A DNA stretch of 63,642 bases, counting the filler, from Pirum gemmata (lineage: Eukaryota), in assembly GCA_002812295.1 (NCBI GenBank). It is 19 parts of 19 records of this genome, joined end to end, with 100 filler letters (N's around TTAATTAATTAA, not from the genome) between each part and the next. Parts side by side here need not be neighbours in the genome. Positions count along the whole stretch, not along the records: positions 58,808 to 62,001 come from PDIN01003278.1; positions 62,102 to 63,642 come from PDIN01003454.1; 17 more parts are not named here. One strand, 5' to 3'. Position numbers and translations under genes: made by a program. The notes beneath the pieces were generated by a model. The model did not search any database, had not been told where the DNA came from, and worked only from the letters and a program-made list of their open reading frames with translations. Shown here in pieces: positions 61,805 to 63,642 of the stretch; positions within the stretch are counted from its first letter, which is position 1, and every line of letters starts with the position of its first letter.

Positions 61805-62923
61805 TAGAAGTCACAGGAAATGATGAGTTAACAACCAACTACAAACGTTCTTTTTAAAAAAAATAGGGGTTTTTGATGATTTGATTAACAAATGCTTAAC
61901 AAATGGACACGCAAGAAATAGTACAAAAAAGGAAAAGTTATTTAGGACCAATAATTGTCATTATCATTATTTTTCTAAATATGTATATATTATATATATA
62001 TNNNNNNNNNNNNNNNNNNNNNNNNNNNNNNNNNNNNNNNNNNNNTTAATTAATTAANNNNNNNNNNNNNNNNNNNNNNNNNNNNNNNNNNNNNNNNNNN
62101 NTTATAAACAACCAAATAAATATTCGGAGTGACAAAATAAATGAAAAGCACAATATAAGTTAAATTATTATTTTTAATAAAATATAATACTATATAACAG
62201 TTATATAACCTAGCTAGCTAGAAAGCATAATAACTTTAATTTTTAGTCACAACATTCTACTATGCCCATACCGAAGCCTTTCGAAATAATATGTGTTATG
62301 TAGGTCTAGTGAATACTGTTAATTAATATTGTGTAGTATTATTATTCCTTTTGTTTTTCTTATGTCAAATGATAATGTTTACAAACTTTAAAATTTTCAT
62401 TATCAGTATTATCAATATAATTATTTGTATAATATTGGTTTGGGTTTAGGAACTTGGGTTTTGTGTTTTGGGTTTGGGGTTTGGGGTTTGGGGTTTGGGG
62501 TTTAGGCACTTTGGGGTTTGAGGTTTGGTATTTTTTATTTTCATTTTTATTTTTCTATGATAGTCTATACAGTCTATACCAGATTATACTAGCTAGATGT
62601 TAGAAGTCATCATACCAGTTTTTTATTTATATATATCATAAAATTTATAAAATACTCAAAACTTCTTTTTGATCGATTGTAAAACGCTTAGCAAAACTTT
62701 AGCATTCTAATTTCGTGATGTTATTTTGATAATTTGATATTATTCATATTACATAATTTTTCAAATTAATAAATAGATAATAAAATATACCAAATAAAAT
62801 GAAATGGATTTATGTTGTATTCTTTATTTTATTTTATATTTTATAATATGACAAAACAACTGAAAAGCACAATACTAGCTATAGAACACCTCTCTCTAGT
62901 AGCAAAAGCTATCGTAGAGACTA

Positions 62924-63114
62924 TCGTCTGTTTCATTACAGTTGTCCTCTCAATCTTTAATTTAAAAAACACTTTTTAAGTGTATAATTGAACTTGTTTA
63001 TAAAATACAATATTAAGTATAAAATACCAAAATGTTGGTTAGTTTAACCATATAATAACAATTTGTTACGTTTATTTCAGTTTTCGAACTGAATAACACT
63101 ATTGAAAAACACGA
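62924..63114. mobile_element. MITE family C, near full length
   Basis: Imperfect TIR TCGTCTGTTTCA / TGAAAAACACGA, related to the family D TIR. Confidence 0.78.
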
Positions 63115-63642
63115 TTATCAATATGATATTATTATAATATGATATAGTCTAGCTAGCTAGACTAGCTATGATAGTCTACTCTAGCTAATAAACAGGAAGT
63201 AGTATCATAGCTAATAGTACCGTTAACTGCTAGCTAGTAGTACTCTAGCTAGTAGTACTACTAAGTGGTAGTAGACTAGTAGTAGTAGAGGTCTATCAGA
63301 GATAAACTATCGATATCCGATTGATTGTATGAATATAACAGTACTGATGATTATCATATTTTAAAAAAACAGTACTGTAACCCGGACCCGGTCCATGCAG
63401 CAGCATTACTGCAGCATTAGCCAAAAAAAAAAAAAATAGACTAAGTACGTGCACTCGTTTTTCACAGTCGTTTTTCCAGGTTGTTTTTCACAGCCTTTTT
63501 TTTTTTCATTTATGTCAGACTAATAATAGACTAGCTAGCTAGCTAGTTACTATCGTTAGCTCTAGCCTCTAGCTAGCTAGCTAGTAGCTATCATAGAGAG
63601 TATCATATCATCTCTAGAGACTCGAGAGAGTGGTCTCACTCT

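Overview
This is very AT-rich, microsatellite-rich eukaryotic nuclear DNA, not prokaryotic. The window is a pseudo-molecule: 19 unrelated scaffold pieces (mostly about 3.15-3.2 kb) joined by 18 artificial 100-bp linkers (N44-TTAATTAATTAA-N44), so adjacency across linkers means nothing. TTAGGG repeats, GT-AG introns and animal-like exons (TBC1D5, UBE2G2/Ubc7, SOS-type RasGEF, RCC1) suggest an opisthokont, possibly a unicellular holozoan such as an ichthyosporean (inference). Genes: one complete 3-exon, probably secreted, bacterial-type PI-phospholipase C (455 aa); a 760-aa nuclear-looking ORF; isolated exons of TBC1D5, Ubc7, RCC1, Wss1/WLM, RasGEF and a possible bHLH-ZIP; a few unknown ORFs. 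Repeats: at least 7 short TIR/MITE families (PIF/Harbinger-, hAT- and piggyBac-like), two fold-back palindromes, decayed LINE fragments and many interstitial telomeric tracts. Most interesting: (1) tandem arrays seeded from exon-intron boundaries, leaving stacks of decoy splice sites or exon ends; (2) telomeric tracts inserted into repeats whose empty state is visible elsewhere in the window; (3) unrelated exons juxtaposed within single contigs; (4) the intron-containing bacterial-type PLC. No rRNA, tRNA or CRISPR array was recognised. All protein assignments come from motif recognition by eye, not database searches.
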